Counted from the whole stretch's first letter, positions 24,396 to 38,069 are shown. The stretch: DNA of 63,968 bases, filler included, from Octopus bimaculoides (GCF_001194135.2; 5 parts of 4 records of this genome joined end to end with filler, not necessarily neighbours in it), one strand, 5' to 3'. The notes: a model not told the origin generated them from the letters alone. Program-made: numbers and translations.

Positions 24396-24700
24396 ATGTC
24401 CCCCCCATCCCTACTACTACAACTATTTTATATCCTTCCTCCCACCCACTCTTAAAACAAAAACAGAACCCCACCACCACCACCACCACATACTCTTTCT
24501 CTCTCTCTTTTCTTTAGTTCTGCTTTCTTCAATGAAGCATCTTTCATTCTCACTTCTCCCCCCACTGCCCCTTGCATTCACTCCCTCTCTCTCTCTCTCT
24601 CTGTTTGTGTCTCAGTCTTGCCCAGCAGAACCCCTTTCCACTCATTCCTCTCCTTCCCACCCTCCCTCCACTTCACTCTCTCTCCTCCTCCTCCACCCGC

Positions 24701-24729
<29 letters not shown>

Positions 24730-24732
<3 letters not shown>

Positions 24733-25796
24733 GCCTTGCACAGTGAAACTCTTTTCAATCTGGAGTTCAATCAAGTCCATGAAGCAGATTTTCGTCTCTC
24801 CACTGTCGAGAAGTTCACGGATTTTTCTGTTACATGGTTTATAAGGGACGTCCACATTCTGTACAAGATATTTCGAGATGAGATAATCGAGGGCGTTAAT
24901 CTTCGTCACGCCGCTCTGGTGGTCCTTGCTGTTCTTCACTTGCTGAGCGGCCGACAAACACTTCTCTACGAAGGCCGGGTCCTTCGCTGACACCGGGGAC
25001 ACGTTCTCTTTGCTGCTGCTGCTGCTGTGGCGCTTGTGCCCTGCTGCTTCTTCTTCTTTACCGTTTTTCGCACGCCCCACCTCTTCGCTCTCGTCACTGC
25101 TCGACTCTTTCTTCTTCCTCCTTTTGTTATTACAATCACTCTCCTCCGCCTCTTCTTCATCATCAGCATCATCATCACTACTGCCTTCACCTTTATTCTT
25201 AGTCCCACCTCCTCCTGAAGCCCCTCTCTTTTTGGTGGTGATGTCTGTGGTGAGCATACTTTCTGAGTGACTAGATTCCTCCCTGTTCATTCCATTTTCA
25301 CTAGGATTATGGTTCCGACTGTGACTTGTGTCTTCATTGTTTTCTACTTCATCGCTTTTGTTGTCTCCGCTGTCACCACCACTGCTCTGGCTGTTATTAC
25401 TACTGCTGTTAATACTACTACTATTAATATTATTATCATTATTATTATTACTATTACTACCACCACCGTTGCCAGTAGAAACACCGTCACCATCGCCGCA
25501 TCCTTCCCCAGCACAATCGTCTCTCTCACTATTTTGTCCTCTTGTTGTTGTTGTTGTTGTTGTTGTCACTGGTGATGTCGTCGTTAGTGAATTTGGTGTT
25601 GTTGATGCTGATGATGTTGTTGTTGTTGTTGCTGCTGCTGCCTGGTTGCCATCGTGATGTTGCTGCTGCTGCTGCTGCTGGTGTTGGCTGCTGTTGTTGT
25701 TGTTGTGATGCAAACTTCTGCTCGACAGACTCGTTTCGGTCGTCGCCTGCGAACAGCCATTTAGGAGATGATGCATAAGATTCAGATAGTTCTCTG
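24730..25796 (-). CDS. Large exon or ORF: Q/N/S/T low-complexity and acidic region, NLS-like KRRKKK, and a C-terminal H15 (linker-histone globular)/winged-helix-like domain at 24730-24981; likely the last exon of a nuclear protein
   Basis: 348-aa ORF whose frame stays open up to the spacer gap at 25797 (..ENYLNLM). The C-terminal 83 aa PAFVEKCLSAAQQVK..GVTKINALDYLISKYLV..RKIRELLDSGE..KSFTV match the H15 pattern P-Y-x-M-I-x-x-A-I..GSSxxAIxKYIxxxYxV..LKxxVxSG..GSFKL by eye. TGA stop after VQG. Confidence 0.75.
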
Positions 25797-25896
25797 NNNN
25801 NNNNNNNNNNNNNNNNNNNNNNNNNNNNNNNNNNNNNNNNTTAATTAATTAANNNNNNNNNNNNNNNNNNNNNNNNNNNNNNNNNNNNNNNNNNNN
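25797..25896. other. Artificial scaffold spacer N44-TTAATTAATTAA-N44
   Basis: Exactly 100 nt; identical structure at 34043-34142, 59562-59661 and 61206-61305. The 12-mer has stops in all six frames. Confidence 0.95.
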
Positions 25897-25989
25897 CTTA
25901 GGACCCAAGCATTTCTTGTTTTACAGTAATTAGTCTGCTGGATATTTCTGACACGCCAACATTGATGTGAACAGAGATATGTGAACACA

Positions 25990-26024
<35 letters not shown>

Positions 26025-26419
26025 ACGTGCTTTTATGTGTCCGTGTGTGGGTGTATGTGTGTATATACGTATACATACGTATATGTATTCATACATAAAT
26101 ATACATATACATATATATATATATATANNNNNNNNNNNNNNNNNNNNNNNNNNNNNNNNNNNNNNNNATATATATAAAGAGAGAGAGATGGCAATAGATA
26201 GGTAGATAGATTAATATACATACAGATACACATGCATAGATACATACATACATGCATGCATGTATATATACATACATACCACATAAATATATCATTTATA
26301 TGTGTCTGCCCCACACATAAACTATAAATATTATAATTATTAATTATGCCTATAATCATACGCCGCGGATGAAAATGTGTAATTACAATTAATTATAACT
26401 AATTATGAAGAACGGTGAG

Positions 26420-27735
26420 AGGTGTAGGGGATTCTTCAGGGTTGAACGTGTTGCGAGAGATAGAGCTGGATGTCACTGCCGGAGGAGACCCTGGGGTGTT
26501 GAATACAATACAGGTGATGAAGGCTGAGAGACAAGTGTGTTAGGGGCAACCGGGTAGAGACAGCCTGATACAAAGGGGAAGGTTGAAGAAGAAGGAATCA
26601 TTTTATAAGTATAAAAGTTCATGGAGAAGAGACGACACATCTATTGGTGAGAGGTTAGAGAGGGTTCATGAGTTCAAGCCCATCAGCCGAAATATGATGG
26701 GGTTTTTTCTCTAGGTGCAATCGTGGATTTATATGTATGCGTGTAGCTGCAATTCTGACCTCCTTCTGAGAGTAAGAACTCCACTTTGAGTCGTACTCCA
26801 CTATGTGTAGAGCTGTGGGAGTGCGTGTCTTAGTGGTTAGAGTGTTGGCCTCATGCTCGTATGATTGTGGTTTCAATTCCTGGACCTGGCGACGCATTGT
26901 GTTCATTTCACATTACTCCAGTCCACTCAGATGGCAAAAATGAGTAACCCTGTGAGAGTCTGGCGTCTCATCCAGGTGGGGAATATATACGCCACGAAAC
27001 CGGAAAACCGGTCCTTATGAGTCGCATGACTCGAGAAGGTAACTTTACCTTTTACTATATGTAGGGCTTCACTGTAAGTAGTATTCAAGTGTAGGTGATA
27101 CCCCACTGTGAGTCTCACTTGTACTGATGAGGGCTGAATCTTTTCTATGGCTGGAAAAAGGCCTATCTTTGAGATGAAGCGTTGTTTTCTAAATAAAGAT
27201 TGTGTTCACCCTTAGAAACCGTCAGAGCCTGTGAGGTCAAGCATTTAACGTGATCTCGGCGGCTCTAGTTTTCTGCTTTTCGTGTTTTAAGGTCGAAAAG
27301 GGGCAGTGACGGTGTCTGTTGTTGTTGTGGTTGTCGAAGGAGCCTAGAGGGGTACATTCGCGGTTCCTGTTTATGGAGCCAGCGCAGATGTAGTGTTAGG
27401 AGCACAGGTTTCATGTGCATGCAGGTTTGCTGTGGAATGTAAGAGAGGAATGAGGTTGTATTTATCTGCATAGGGGACGTAGCAGTAAGTAGGGGGAGAA
27501 AGGGCTGACAGAAGTTAACCCTGGGGTACACCCAAGAGTCGAAAGTGTGGAAGTAAGGAGGAGCTCTGTCTGCACAGGTCCGACAGGAAGCGACCACGCC
27601 CTCGGAAAACGGATGGAGTCCATTCGCCAGTGGTTTTGCCAGCAGATGTGCATACCAGGTTCTATCAAAATCTTTGCTGACATCAAGAGCAAGAATACAA
27701 GTTTCACCATATTAAAGCCTACAGCCCAGCGGTGA
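26420..27735 (-). mobile_element. Decayed Jockey/CR1-like LINE (RT domain and 3' end), interrupted by a SINE at about 26790-27050
   Basis: Frameshifted translation YGETCILALDVSKDFDRTW (cf. ALDISKAFDRVW), GVPQG and YAD RT motifs at about 27440-27715, with a degenerate C-terminal region down to about 26420. Confidence 0.75.
26790..27050 (-). mobile_element. tRNA-derived SINE family E
   Basis: Similar to 48590-48900 (tRNA-like head, ..ttgctccagtccactcagctg.. core). Confidence 0.55.
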
Positions 27736-28044
27736 GGAATTTAAATGAATAGATCGCCAATAGATGTCGCTTTACAACCGATTGCTTATTAAAGTTTGAG
27801 AGATAATTAAGGTGTTGCAGAAGATTGTTATTCATGGTTGAGTTCATTGAACTTGTGAGAATGAATGTATGTATGTATGGTTGGATGGGTGGATATATGG
27901 GTGGACGGATGAATGGCGGGCGAGATGGATGAGTTTATGCATGTATGCATGTATATGCGTGTGTATGAGCGTGTGTATGTGTGTGCGTGTGTGTGTGTGT
28001 TTGTGTCAGACTGTGTGTGTATGTGCGTTTGTGTTTATGTATGT

Positions 28045-28089
<45 letters not shown>

Positions 28090-28559
28090 CGCGCGTGTAA
28101 ACAAGATATTTGTTTTCTGTGCTGGGTGTGTCGACATTTCAGTATTCCCAAACTTAGTTTAAAACAGATTAAAATGTTGCCCAGATAATTATCTTCCTTA
28201 CTTTAATACATCAATTAACATTTCTGCCAAATCTCACCATATTTGGCACGTGGCTCACTTCCCTATTCCCTGATAACCATTCTCCATATTACCTAATTAA
28301 CCGATACAATCTTTGTTTGTTTGTTTCTTACAGTAATAAGTTAGACATAAATTAACATAAATCTGTTTTGAATATGGCTATAGTTCTGTTCGAACATAAA
28401 CAGAAAAAAATTTCCGACATACACACAATTATATACATACATACATGCATGCATGCATACATACATACATACATACATACATACATACATACATACATAC
28501 ATACATACGTATTGGATCATCCCATGAATAATGCGGTTTTTCAATTGCATGAACTACAA

Positions 28560-28821
28560 GCTGGGGGGAGACGGGATAAATACCTGCATCAACTTGCTAT
28601 AAAAGCAGGTAGTAATTTTACCCTGTCCTTATTCTTAGGGCAAGTTTTGAAGAGTGCAGCTCGATTTTAACAATTATTTTTTCAAAGCTATAATGGGACT
28701 GACAAAGGAGCATATTTGGCATATTTTGCTCTATGAGTTCAATAAAGGCAACAACGTAGCAGAAAGTGTGAAGAATATTAATGCAGTATATGGGGATCGG
28801 ACAATAAGCATAAGCCAGTGA
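28560..28821 (+). mobile_element. Mariner element, 5' fragment
   Basis: ATG at 28693 gives MGLTKEHIWHILLYEFNKGNNVAESVKNINAVYGDRTISISQ, the mariner N-terminal HTH; truncated. Confidence 0.75.
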
Positions 28822-28857
28822 TTAGGAATAAATGAACATTAGGTCAGTTAAAATGTT

Positions 28858-29223
28858 TTCTGACATATTTTAACTTCTAAAGGCAAATTCACTGCAGTCA
28901 CCGAGAAGTAAACAATTTTGTTTTATGATCATATCTGCCCATTGCTTCCCTCAACTGGATTCCCAGACACGTGTTTCTGTCCCTTAAGCTTTCCTCAATG
29001 GAAAATACCGAACAGTGACAACCCTGCGCTGTTTCAAGGCAGTGGTTTTATCTAAAAACTGTCACTGAGGTCCGCTGTTGGACTGCTTATTTGGAATAAA
29101 TATACCAGCATCAGCGGGAAGCAGAGGGCAGAAATTGTTTTCACGCCTTTTACCATTATAGAAATTTTTTTTCTACACGGCAACTGCAGTGAATATGCGT
29201 TCAGAAGTCAAAATATGACACAA
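28858..29223. mobile_element. MITE-like element with about 40-bp inverted termini
   Basis: 28858-28898 and 29183-29223 are inverted copies (about 33/39 identity by eye) around a noncoding spacer. Confidence 0.55.
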
Positions 29224-29228
29224 ACGTT

Positions 29229-29273
<45 letters not shown>

Positions 29274-30354
29274 ACATATAATTGAATTTAAGTATTGTAC
29301 TGAAAGTCTCGGCCTGTTCTTTTCTCTTTTGAGCGTGATTCGTGACTCTGCCAAGTCTTTTAAAAGCACGCCATTTCTATTTTCTTACGCAGTACGTTTT
29401 TTTGTTATCTAAATACACTACGGCGTGAACAAACGGCACAAGGTTCGAATTCCACGAAAGCCTTTCACAATTTTTAGCTTATACACTGATTTCATGTCTC
29501 TGCAGAACATACCTTATAATTTTTTTTTTTAATCTGAGCCGTTGTTATCGCTAAATCCTAGTTTAGCCTATCAATGAAGAAAATTAAATTCAGTTTCAAC
29601 AAACTTGTAAAGAAAATACAAAACTAGATTTTGTTTCCATAAACTTATGACCTGCATTTTGGGAGCAGTTACCTTCGGTCATAATTTCACAAGTTGGTCA
29701 AATAAATCAGCGGAAACTGATTGGAAGCCGACTGAAATGATTTCTTTCTCTTCCCTGGTGGTAAGATTAATTTGTCGCCCAGTTTAACACCACATCTGGC
29801 CTTTGCGTACCTCTAATCGTGCTTATTTTCCCTCATCTTTTTTGTCTTGGATGTTCTAAAGACGGTCGCGTGTGTTGTCTATCATTCGTCCTCTATCGAA
29901 ACTATTAATTTTTTTTTTTTTCATTCAGTTTTAGAAAAACGATTTTGAGATTGAATCTTTGAAACTTTGATCAATAGAACGTCTAAAACCTTCCTTTGGC
30001 TTTTTATTCTAGCCATGATGCTCTTCCTAGTACATTTGTTTTCAATGTCACGTGTTTCCCATGTATTGATCTGATTATACCAGATCAATTTCTCTAATGA
30101 GATGTTAAATTGTTATTTTGTTTCTTTCTTTTGTTCTTTCTTTACATTGTTTTCTTTTTAATTTATTATCTTGAAGAAACAGTATAACCAAAATATAGCT
30201 GTCGTGTTAATTCCTTTTTCTTCTCTCATAGAAGAAGCCATACTGGATGGTGTAAACACAAGAACATTTTCCCCACAAAAATACAGAAATCCCTACGTGA
30301 CACACCAAATACTGGTATGGCGTACAGCAGTCCACTCCCCACTTTTTCTAATAT

Positions 30355-30692
30355 TCTTTTATTCTTTTATATGTTTCAGTCATTTGACTACGGCTATGCT
30401 GGATCACTGCCTTAAAGAGCTTTAGTCGAAGAAATCGACCCCAGGACTTATTCTTTTTAAGCCTAGTACTTATTCTATCGGTTACTTTTGACGAACCTCT
30501 AGTTTACGGGGACGTAAACACACCGGCATCAGTTGTCAAGTGATGGTGGGAGAGACAAACACAGGCACAAGGTCACACACACATGAATGTATACATACAT
30601 ATACAATAGTAGATAATACTCGCCCAAGGTGCCACGCAGTGGGACTGAACCCGAAACCACGTGGCTGGGAAGCAAGATTCTTACCACACAGC
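30355..30692 (-). mobile_element. SINE family B copy, internally deleted
   Basis: Family B cores. Confidence 0.8.
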
Positions 30693-31967
30693 CAATTTTT
30701 TTTTAATAATCTCTTGGAAAATGCATAACACTCGAAGATGTCTGATTATCTTCGATTTCATCCCATAGTTAAGGTTCTTTAAAAGGTAACTCTCGAACGT
30801 TCATCGTGACAGACACAATAATATTAGAGGTGAATGAGAAAACAAATAAATAAATAATCAGATGATTGGAGAAGGGCAGAAAAGAACAAACAAAACAAAA
30901 AATAAAATAATTGACAAAAACAACCCCTTTAAACAATTTTGTACACTCTCACCTCCTCCCCTACCTCTTTCTTCTTCTTCTCCTCCTCCTCCTGTATGAC
31001 CCACACTTAGAAATGAACGTTGTCGTCTGTAGCAAGTATTTCTAACGTATTTCAATTAAATGGTTTCGTTCACGCTTGATATCAAATATTAGGGCATTCG
31101 TAAGAGATATGGGGAGTTGATAGCACCACCACTACCACCACTACCGACACCGCCATCATCACCACCATCACCACCACTACTACTACCACCATCACCACTA
31201 AATAAAAATTAGTATGAAGCGTTTGTTTGCTTCTGTAAGCAATACAACGAATACAAACACCCCGATAAAAAAAATGAACTGCCTCTGCTGCTGCTGCTGC
31301 TACTACTACTACTACAACTACTATTACTACCACTACATGATACGTCATACGACTGTGAGTGATTAATTACTGTCGGTAACTTTAATAATTCTGAGCTGAA
31401 ATACAGCGACAAGTCAAGAAAAAAAATTAGAAACAAAACAAAGCAACTAAAATATTGTCGTCAGAAAAAAATTTGGATAAAAGTGAAATATATCCAGTTT
31501 AATTTGGCTGATTCCAGTAAACTTTTTCTTATTGTGTGTAGTGGATGGGGGTGCGTGTATATATAAATATNNNNNNNNNNNNNNNNNNNNNNNNNNNNNN
31601 NNNNNNNNNNNNNNNNNNNNNNNNNNNNNNNNNNNNNNNNNNNNNNNNNNNNNNNNNNNNNNNNNNNNNNNNNNNNNNNNNNNNNNNNNNNNNNNNNNNN
31701 NNNNNNNNNNNNNNNNNNNNNNNNNNNNNNNNNNNNNNNNNNNNNNNNNNNNNNNNNNNNNNNNNNNNNNNNNNNNNNNNNNNNNNNNNNNNNNNNNNNN
31801 NNNNNNNNNNNNNNNNNNNNNNNNNNNNNNNNNNNNNNNNNNNNNNNNNNNNNNNNNNNNNNNNNNNNNNNNNNNNNNNNNNNNNNNNNNNNNNNNNNNN
31901 NNNNNNNNNNNNNNNNNNNNNNNNNNNNNNNNNNNNNNNNNNNNNNNTATATATATATATATATATC

Positions 31968-31999
<32 letters not shown>

Positions 32000-32039
32000 T
32001 GTATGTATGTATGCATGCATGTATGTATGCATGTGTGTA

Positions 32040-32400
32040 TGGCTTCGAAGAGGCTGTCATCACAACCTCAATGAGAACATAGTGTTAGAGATGTGAAACA
32101 TGTGGCCGTGTACTCCTTTCTGAGGCTGGGTGTGTCAACCATGTGAAAAGCCATGAAAGATCAATTTTATGCAACATCCTTCCTCCTTGACCAGACGATT
32201 CGACGTGTGTCGCCTTGTCAAAATGATCTGATCAATACAATAGATGTAACAACTTTTGTCTGTCACCTATGCTTCAAATCATGCAGATCTGCAGCAGAAC
32301 TGTACAATTATTTGAGTGGTCATAACGAGGAAGATCAGAAATACCTTTGACAACGAGGAAGTTCAGAGACATCAATCATCTGTAAAGATAGAGGAATCAT
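32040..32400 (+). mobile_element. RTE-like LINE 3' end with C2H2-like motif
   Basis: FVCHLCFKSCRSAAELYNYLSGH; a related remnant YYCNVCNKICKS lies at 40960-41165 (-). Confidence 0.5.
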
Positions 32401-32764
32401 CATGTATTATTAACTTTTACAGGGAACAGGTTGACGGTAACTTCATAGTTTCGGCTTTTTCGCCATCGTCAGATAGGATTACTTTGGTCCTTTTTGGTTT
32501 TATATGGTATTTTGGTAAATTCTTGACATAAAAACAAATAATAATAATAATGATGATATAGAGGATGTACTGACGCATGCGCGTGACTAGGTGGTTATTT
32601 ATTTTGCTTCACAACATCACGACTCCAGATTGCGCATCACAACGGACTGCCTTGCTCAAATGTCTTCTATCAATTTTGGATTGACCAGTTCCTTGTGTAA
32701 AAATAAACCATTTTTGCATGCATACATATATGTAATCATTCATTTGTGCATACACTCCTACATG

Positions 32765-33087
32765 TGGAGGCGCAATAGCCCGTTGGTTAGGGCAGCGGAC
32801 TTGCGGTCATAGGATCGCGGTTTTGATTCCCAGACCGGGCGTTGTGAGTGTTTATTGAGCGAAAACACCTAAAGCTCCACGAGGCTCCGGCAGGGGATGG
32901 TGCCGAACTCTGCTGTACTCTTCCACCACAACTTTCTCTCACTCTTACTTCCTGTTTATGTTGTGTCTGTAATTCAAAGGGTCAGCCTTGTCACACTGTG
33001 TCACGCTGAATATCCCCGAGAACTACGTTAAGGGTACACGTGTCTGTGGAGTGCTCAGCCACTTGCACGTTAATTTCACGAGAAGGC
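32765..33087 (+). mobile_element. tRNA-derived SINE family C, truncated by a gap
   Basis: Near-identical to 4160-4540. Confidence 0.85.
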
Positions 33088-33989
33088 NNNNNNNNNNNNN
33101 NNNNNNNNNNNNNNNNNNNNNNNNNNNNNNNNNNNNNNNNNNNNNNNNNNNNNNNNNNNNNNNNNNNNNNNNNNNNNNNNNNNNNNNNNNNNNNNNNNNN
33201 NNNNNNNNNNNNNNNNNNNNNNNNNNNNNNNNNNNNNNNNNNNNNNNNNNNNNNNNNNNNNNNNNNNNNNNNNNNNNNNNNNNNNNNNNNNNNNNNNNNN
33301 NNNNNNNNNNNNNNNNNNNNNNNNNNNNNNNNNNNNNNNNNNNNNNNNNNNNNNNNNNNNNNNNNNNNNNNNNNNNNNNNNNNNNNNNNNNNNNNNNNNN
33401 NNNNNNNNNNNNNNNNNNNNNNNNNNNNNNNNNNNNNNNNGATATATGTACACACACACGCAAGCAAATACACCTGCACAAATATCTATATATGTGTACG
33501 TACATTATATACGGAAGTCGCACAAATACATGCAATACATTCCATAAACAATAATCTTTATATAAACTAAGTACATAAATATATGTGTGCAAGGTGTATG
33601 TGGGTGAGTGTATTTATGTGTGTGGAAACCAAAGCAAAAAGAAACACAGGTAAAATGTGCAGCAAAGAGGAAATAAACAAGCAAAAATTCTACGCGATGT
33701 CAAACAAATGAAAGCAGGCGGATGAAAAGGATAGAAATACACAGCGAAAAAATAACAAACAAAGAAGTGTACAATGAAGTTTAATACACCAAAGGAAGAA
33801 ACTGAAGTGACTCTGACATTTCGCCATGTAACCTTTATTAAAGAGAAAGAAAAAAGAAAAAAGAATTGTGATGCAAAAGAACGTGACAAAATATACAAGA
33901 GCAGGCAAAAATATATCTGGTTACATAGCAGTTATCAAGTATATAGGCGTATATGTGTATATGTCCATTTGTATCTCTCTCACACACTT

Positions 33990-34042
<53 letters not shown>

Positions 34043-34142
34043 NNNNNNNNNNNNNNNNNNNNNNNNNNNNNNNNNNNNNNNNNNNNTTAATTAATTAANN
34101 NNNNNNNNNNNNNNNNNNNNNNNNNNNNNNNNNNNNNNNNNN
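34043..34142. other. Artificial scaffold spacer
   Basis: N44-TTAATTAATTAA-N44. Confidence 0.95.
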
Positions 34143-34174
<32 letters not shown>

Positions 34175-36276
34175 TGTGTGTATGTATGTATCTGTGTATA
34201 TATCTAAACACATATATGTACACATGTGCATATATATGCATGAATGCATGCCTGTGTGTGTAATGTCTGTATTTGTATGTGGATACGTACACGCGCGCGC
34301 TCACACGGACACTCGGGAAGGTATGCTCATATATTCTTGTGCGCGCGTACGCAGTGATATATGACATATACACGCATTCAATGAGAGGCAGAGAAAGAGA
34401 GAGAGAGAGAGACAATGAGAGAGATGCATGTTCTTATTTTATATATAGACGTACTTACACATACTACATATATAGATTGTACATACACACACACACACAC
34501 ACACATAATTACATATATTATTATACGTAAGACATAAACATTATATATACACGTTTCCAAAATCTATGCACTGCTCACGTAGTTTTATATATAGATAAAG
34601 TCTCTGTTATTACATGTAAACACGCACTTGAAGCCGTGCACGTACATAGCAAAGCATACATATATACGTACATACTCACATGTGCTACCTTGGTTATTAA
34701 CCACTCCAATCAAATACGATAATTAAAACCAAAGTACTTAAGAGACACGAAGTCGCTAATCCCTTGAAGCTACAGCAAGTTAGAACTGAACACTGCTCAG
34801 TACAAAGTACACAATATGCAGTTTCAAAAGGAAAGGCGAAAGCGCACGAACGCACACTCACACACATATACACACACACACTCACACACGAACACACACG
34901 CAAACATATACGCATACATTTACACGCACGCTCATACAGGTAATGCAAATCAAGAAAAATAATTTTAAAAAAGCAAGTAAATTAAAAATAAATATAAACA
35001 TAGAATAATGGTAAGCCCAACCAACTAGATAATATTGTCTTTCATTATATATAAGCTACCAAATTTGGAACCGGCTATTAAAATGTCAGCTTTTAATTTT
35101 TATATTTTGAGTACTTATTTATTTATTATTTTATATTTTTAAAGCATATACTTTTTTGTTTTTTCTTTTCATTCTAAACTTTTGCGTATGTATCTTTTAG
35201 AAACTAAGAAAACGGTGCGTATACGTGTATGTATATATATATGTGTGTGTATGTGTGTACATGTGGGTATATGAATATATGTATATTTATATATATATGT
35301 ATGTATACTTATATATATATATTCGTATATATCATGTGCGTGTGTGTACATACATGAGAAAATGGACATATACGTATACAGTATATATACGAATATAAGT
35401 CAATGTATGTATATTAATATGTATGTCTGCATTAAGTTGATACAACTTGGTACAATACTCCTATAACATTTATTTTATGCGAAACTATAATTATTGAAAA
35501 GACAAATAAAGCAGAAAAAGAAAACAAAATGAATAAAAATTAAATTTGAAACATAAAATAAAATAAACATATGATATTAACAAAAATGTATTGATCGATC
35601 TTAATAAAGCTCCCGAAATTATGTCCTAATGCCTGTCACGTGATTTTTCATTTATTTCATCGTTTGTGTGATTGTTCAGTCAATCAGCAAAACGACACGC
35701 ATTTTATTCTCTATCAAAATGGATATGTANNNNNNNNNNNNNNNNNNNNNNNNNNNNNNNNNNNNNNNNNNNNNNNNNNNNNNNNNNNNNNNNNNNNNNN
35801 NNNNNNNNNNNNNNNNNNNNNNNNNNNNNNNNNNNNNNNNNNNNNNNNNNNNNNNNNNNNNNNNNNNNNNNNNNNNNNNNNNNNNNNNNNNNNNNNNNNN
35901 NNNNNNNNNNNNNNNNNNNNNNNNNNNNNNNNNNNNNNNNNNNNNNNNNNNNNNNNNNNNNNNNNNNNNNNNNNNNNNNNNNNNNNNNNNNNNNNNNNNN
36001 NNNNNNNNNNNNNNNNNNNNNNNNNNNNNNNNNNNNNNNNNNNNNNNNNNNNNNNNNNNNNNNNNNNNNNNNNNNNNNNNNNNNNNNNNNNNNNNNNNNN
36101 NNNNNNNNNNNNNNNNNNNNNNNNNNNNNNNNNNNNNNNNNNNNNNNNNNNNNNNNNNNNNNNNNNNNNNNNNNNNNNNNNNNNNNNNNNNNNNNNNNNN
36201 NNNNNNNNNNNNNNNNNNNNNNNNNNNNNNNNNNNNNNNNNNNNNNNNNNNNNNNNNNNNNNNNNNNNNNNNNNNN

Positions 36277-36311
<35 letters not shown>

Positions 36312-37419
36312 CATATACATATATACATATATATATATATAGATAGATAGATAGATAGATAGATAAATAAATGGAAAGGTCTAGAGATAAATATAGATAT
36401 TAAAAGATAAATATATATATATACCTACATGCGTAGAAGGATACATTTCTTTTATTAGCCACACAGGGCTCAACAAAGATGGGACGAATACAATGTAGAG
36501 CTTTTCTTTTTGGGAGGGGGAAGGAAGAAAAAAAATAAAATAAAAAAAGTAGAGGTGGGTTTCGATCAAAAGGGACCGAGAGAAAAAAAAAGCGATAGAA
36601 GGATAGATTGGTTGTTAGATAGATACAGATTGACAAATAGACATAGATAATTAGATAGTTAGATAGATACATAGATAAACATGCATGCATGCTTATATCT
36701 ATTTCTGTATCTATCACCCTCTTTCTCTCTATATAAATATATACATGCATACATACACATACACACACACACATATATATATGTGTGGGTGTGTATATAT
36801 ATATGTGTGTATATGCATATGTATATATATATATGTATGTATATATAAGTATATTCATACATATATATATACATATACATAAATATGTATATACATATAT
36901 ATATTTATATGTATTTATATATGTATAAATAATACTTATTTTCAACAAAAGTTGGGATGCGTGGCATTGAGTCACTCAAAATACACGTATATGCATACAC
37001 CCACACGACCAAACACACAAGAATATTCAGCGAACGAATTACCTCCTGTGAATTCGTTTTAGAGCCCATGTTCCTGAGACTGAGTACATTCCGTTCAACG
37101 TCATTTTATGTTTCAGCTTGGCGTAATAAAAACACATCATCTAGTTAACATTGTGAATTAGCAAATTTATCTTTTATATAATCGCTTGATCAACGAAATG
37201 ATCATTTAAATTTACATTACGTGATACCATACTCACTCAAAGAAATAGGGAGAGTTACATCGGGTTGTGTAGTCATGTATAGGAAATAGTCTCTGTGCGT
37301 GTGTGTTTATATTTGTGTGTATGTGTGTACTGTAGATTTTCAGTATAGTTAAGTATCAACTAAGCTATTATCCGTTTCTAGCAGTGAAGTTACTGATTTG
37401 AGAAAGATTCTAATTCTCT

Positions 37420-37822
37420 TTACTCTTTTTACTCTTTTACTTGTTTCAGTCATTTCACTGTGGTCATGCTGGAGCACCGCCTTTGGTCGAGCAAATCGAC
37501 CCCAGGACTTATTCTTTGTAAACCTAGTACTTATTCTATCAGTCTCTTTTGCCGAACCGCTAAGTTACGGGGACGTAAACACACCACCATCAGTTGTCAA
37601 GCGATGTTGGGGGCACAAACACACACACACAAACATATACACACACATATACATATATACGACGGGCTTCTTTCAGTTTCCGTCTACCAAATCCACTCAC
37701 AAGGCTTTGGTCGGCCCGAGGTTATAGTAGAAGACACTTGCCCAAAGTGCCACGCAGTGGGACTGAACCCAGAACCATGTGGTTCGTAAGCAAGCTACTT
37801 ACCACACAGCCACTCCGCGCCT
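37420..37822 (-). mobile_element. SINE family B, full-length copy
   Basis: Complete head, internal (CA)/(TA) tract, core and (TTTTAC)n-type tail; the best reference copy in the window. Confidence 0.9.
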
Positions 37823-37959
37823 AATTGTTGACGTAATTCTAGTGAATCGAACGCTGGCTGTTTTCACCGTGGGTTTCATCAGGAGCTATGGGCGCGGTTG
37901 TTTGATCTGCTGCAAATAGCAAAACCTCCAAATTACAAAAGAAGAAAATGAAGAGGAAT

Positions 37960-38007
<48 letters not shown>

Positions 38008-38069
38008 ATGGTTGGCTTATTGTTAGTGCTTAACAATAACCACTTCGCACCATATAAATTTTATGATTG

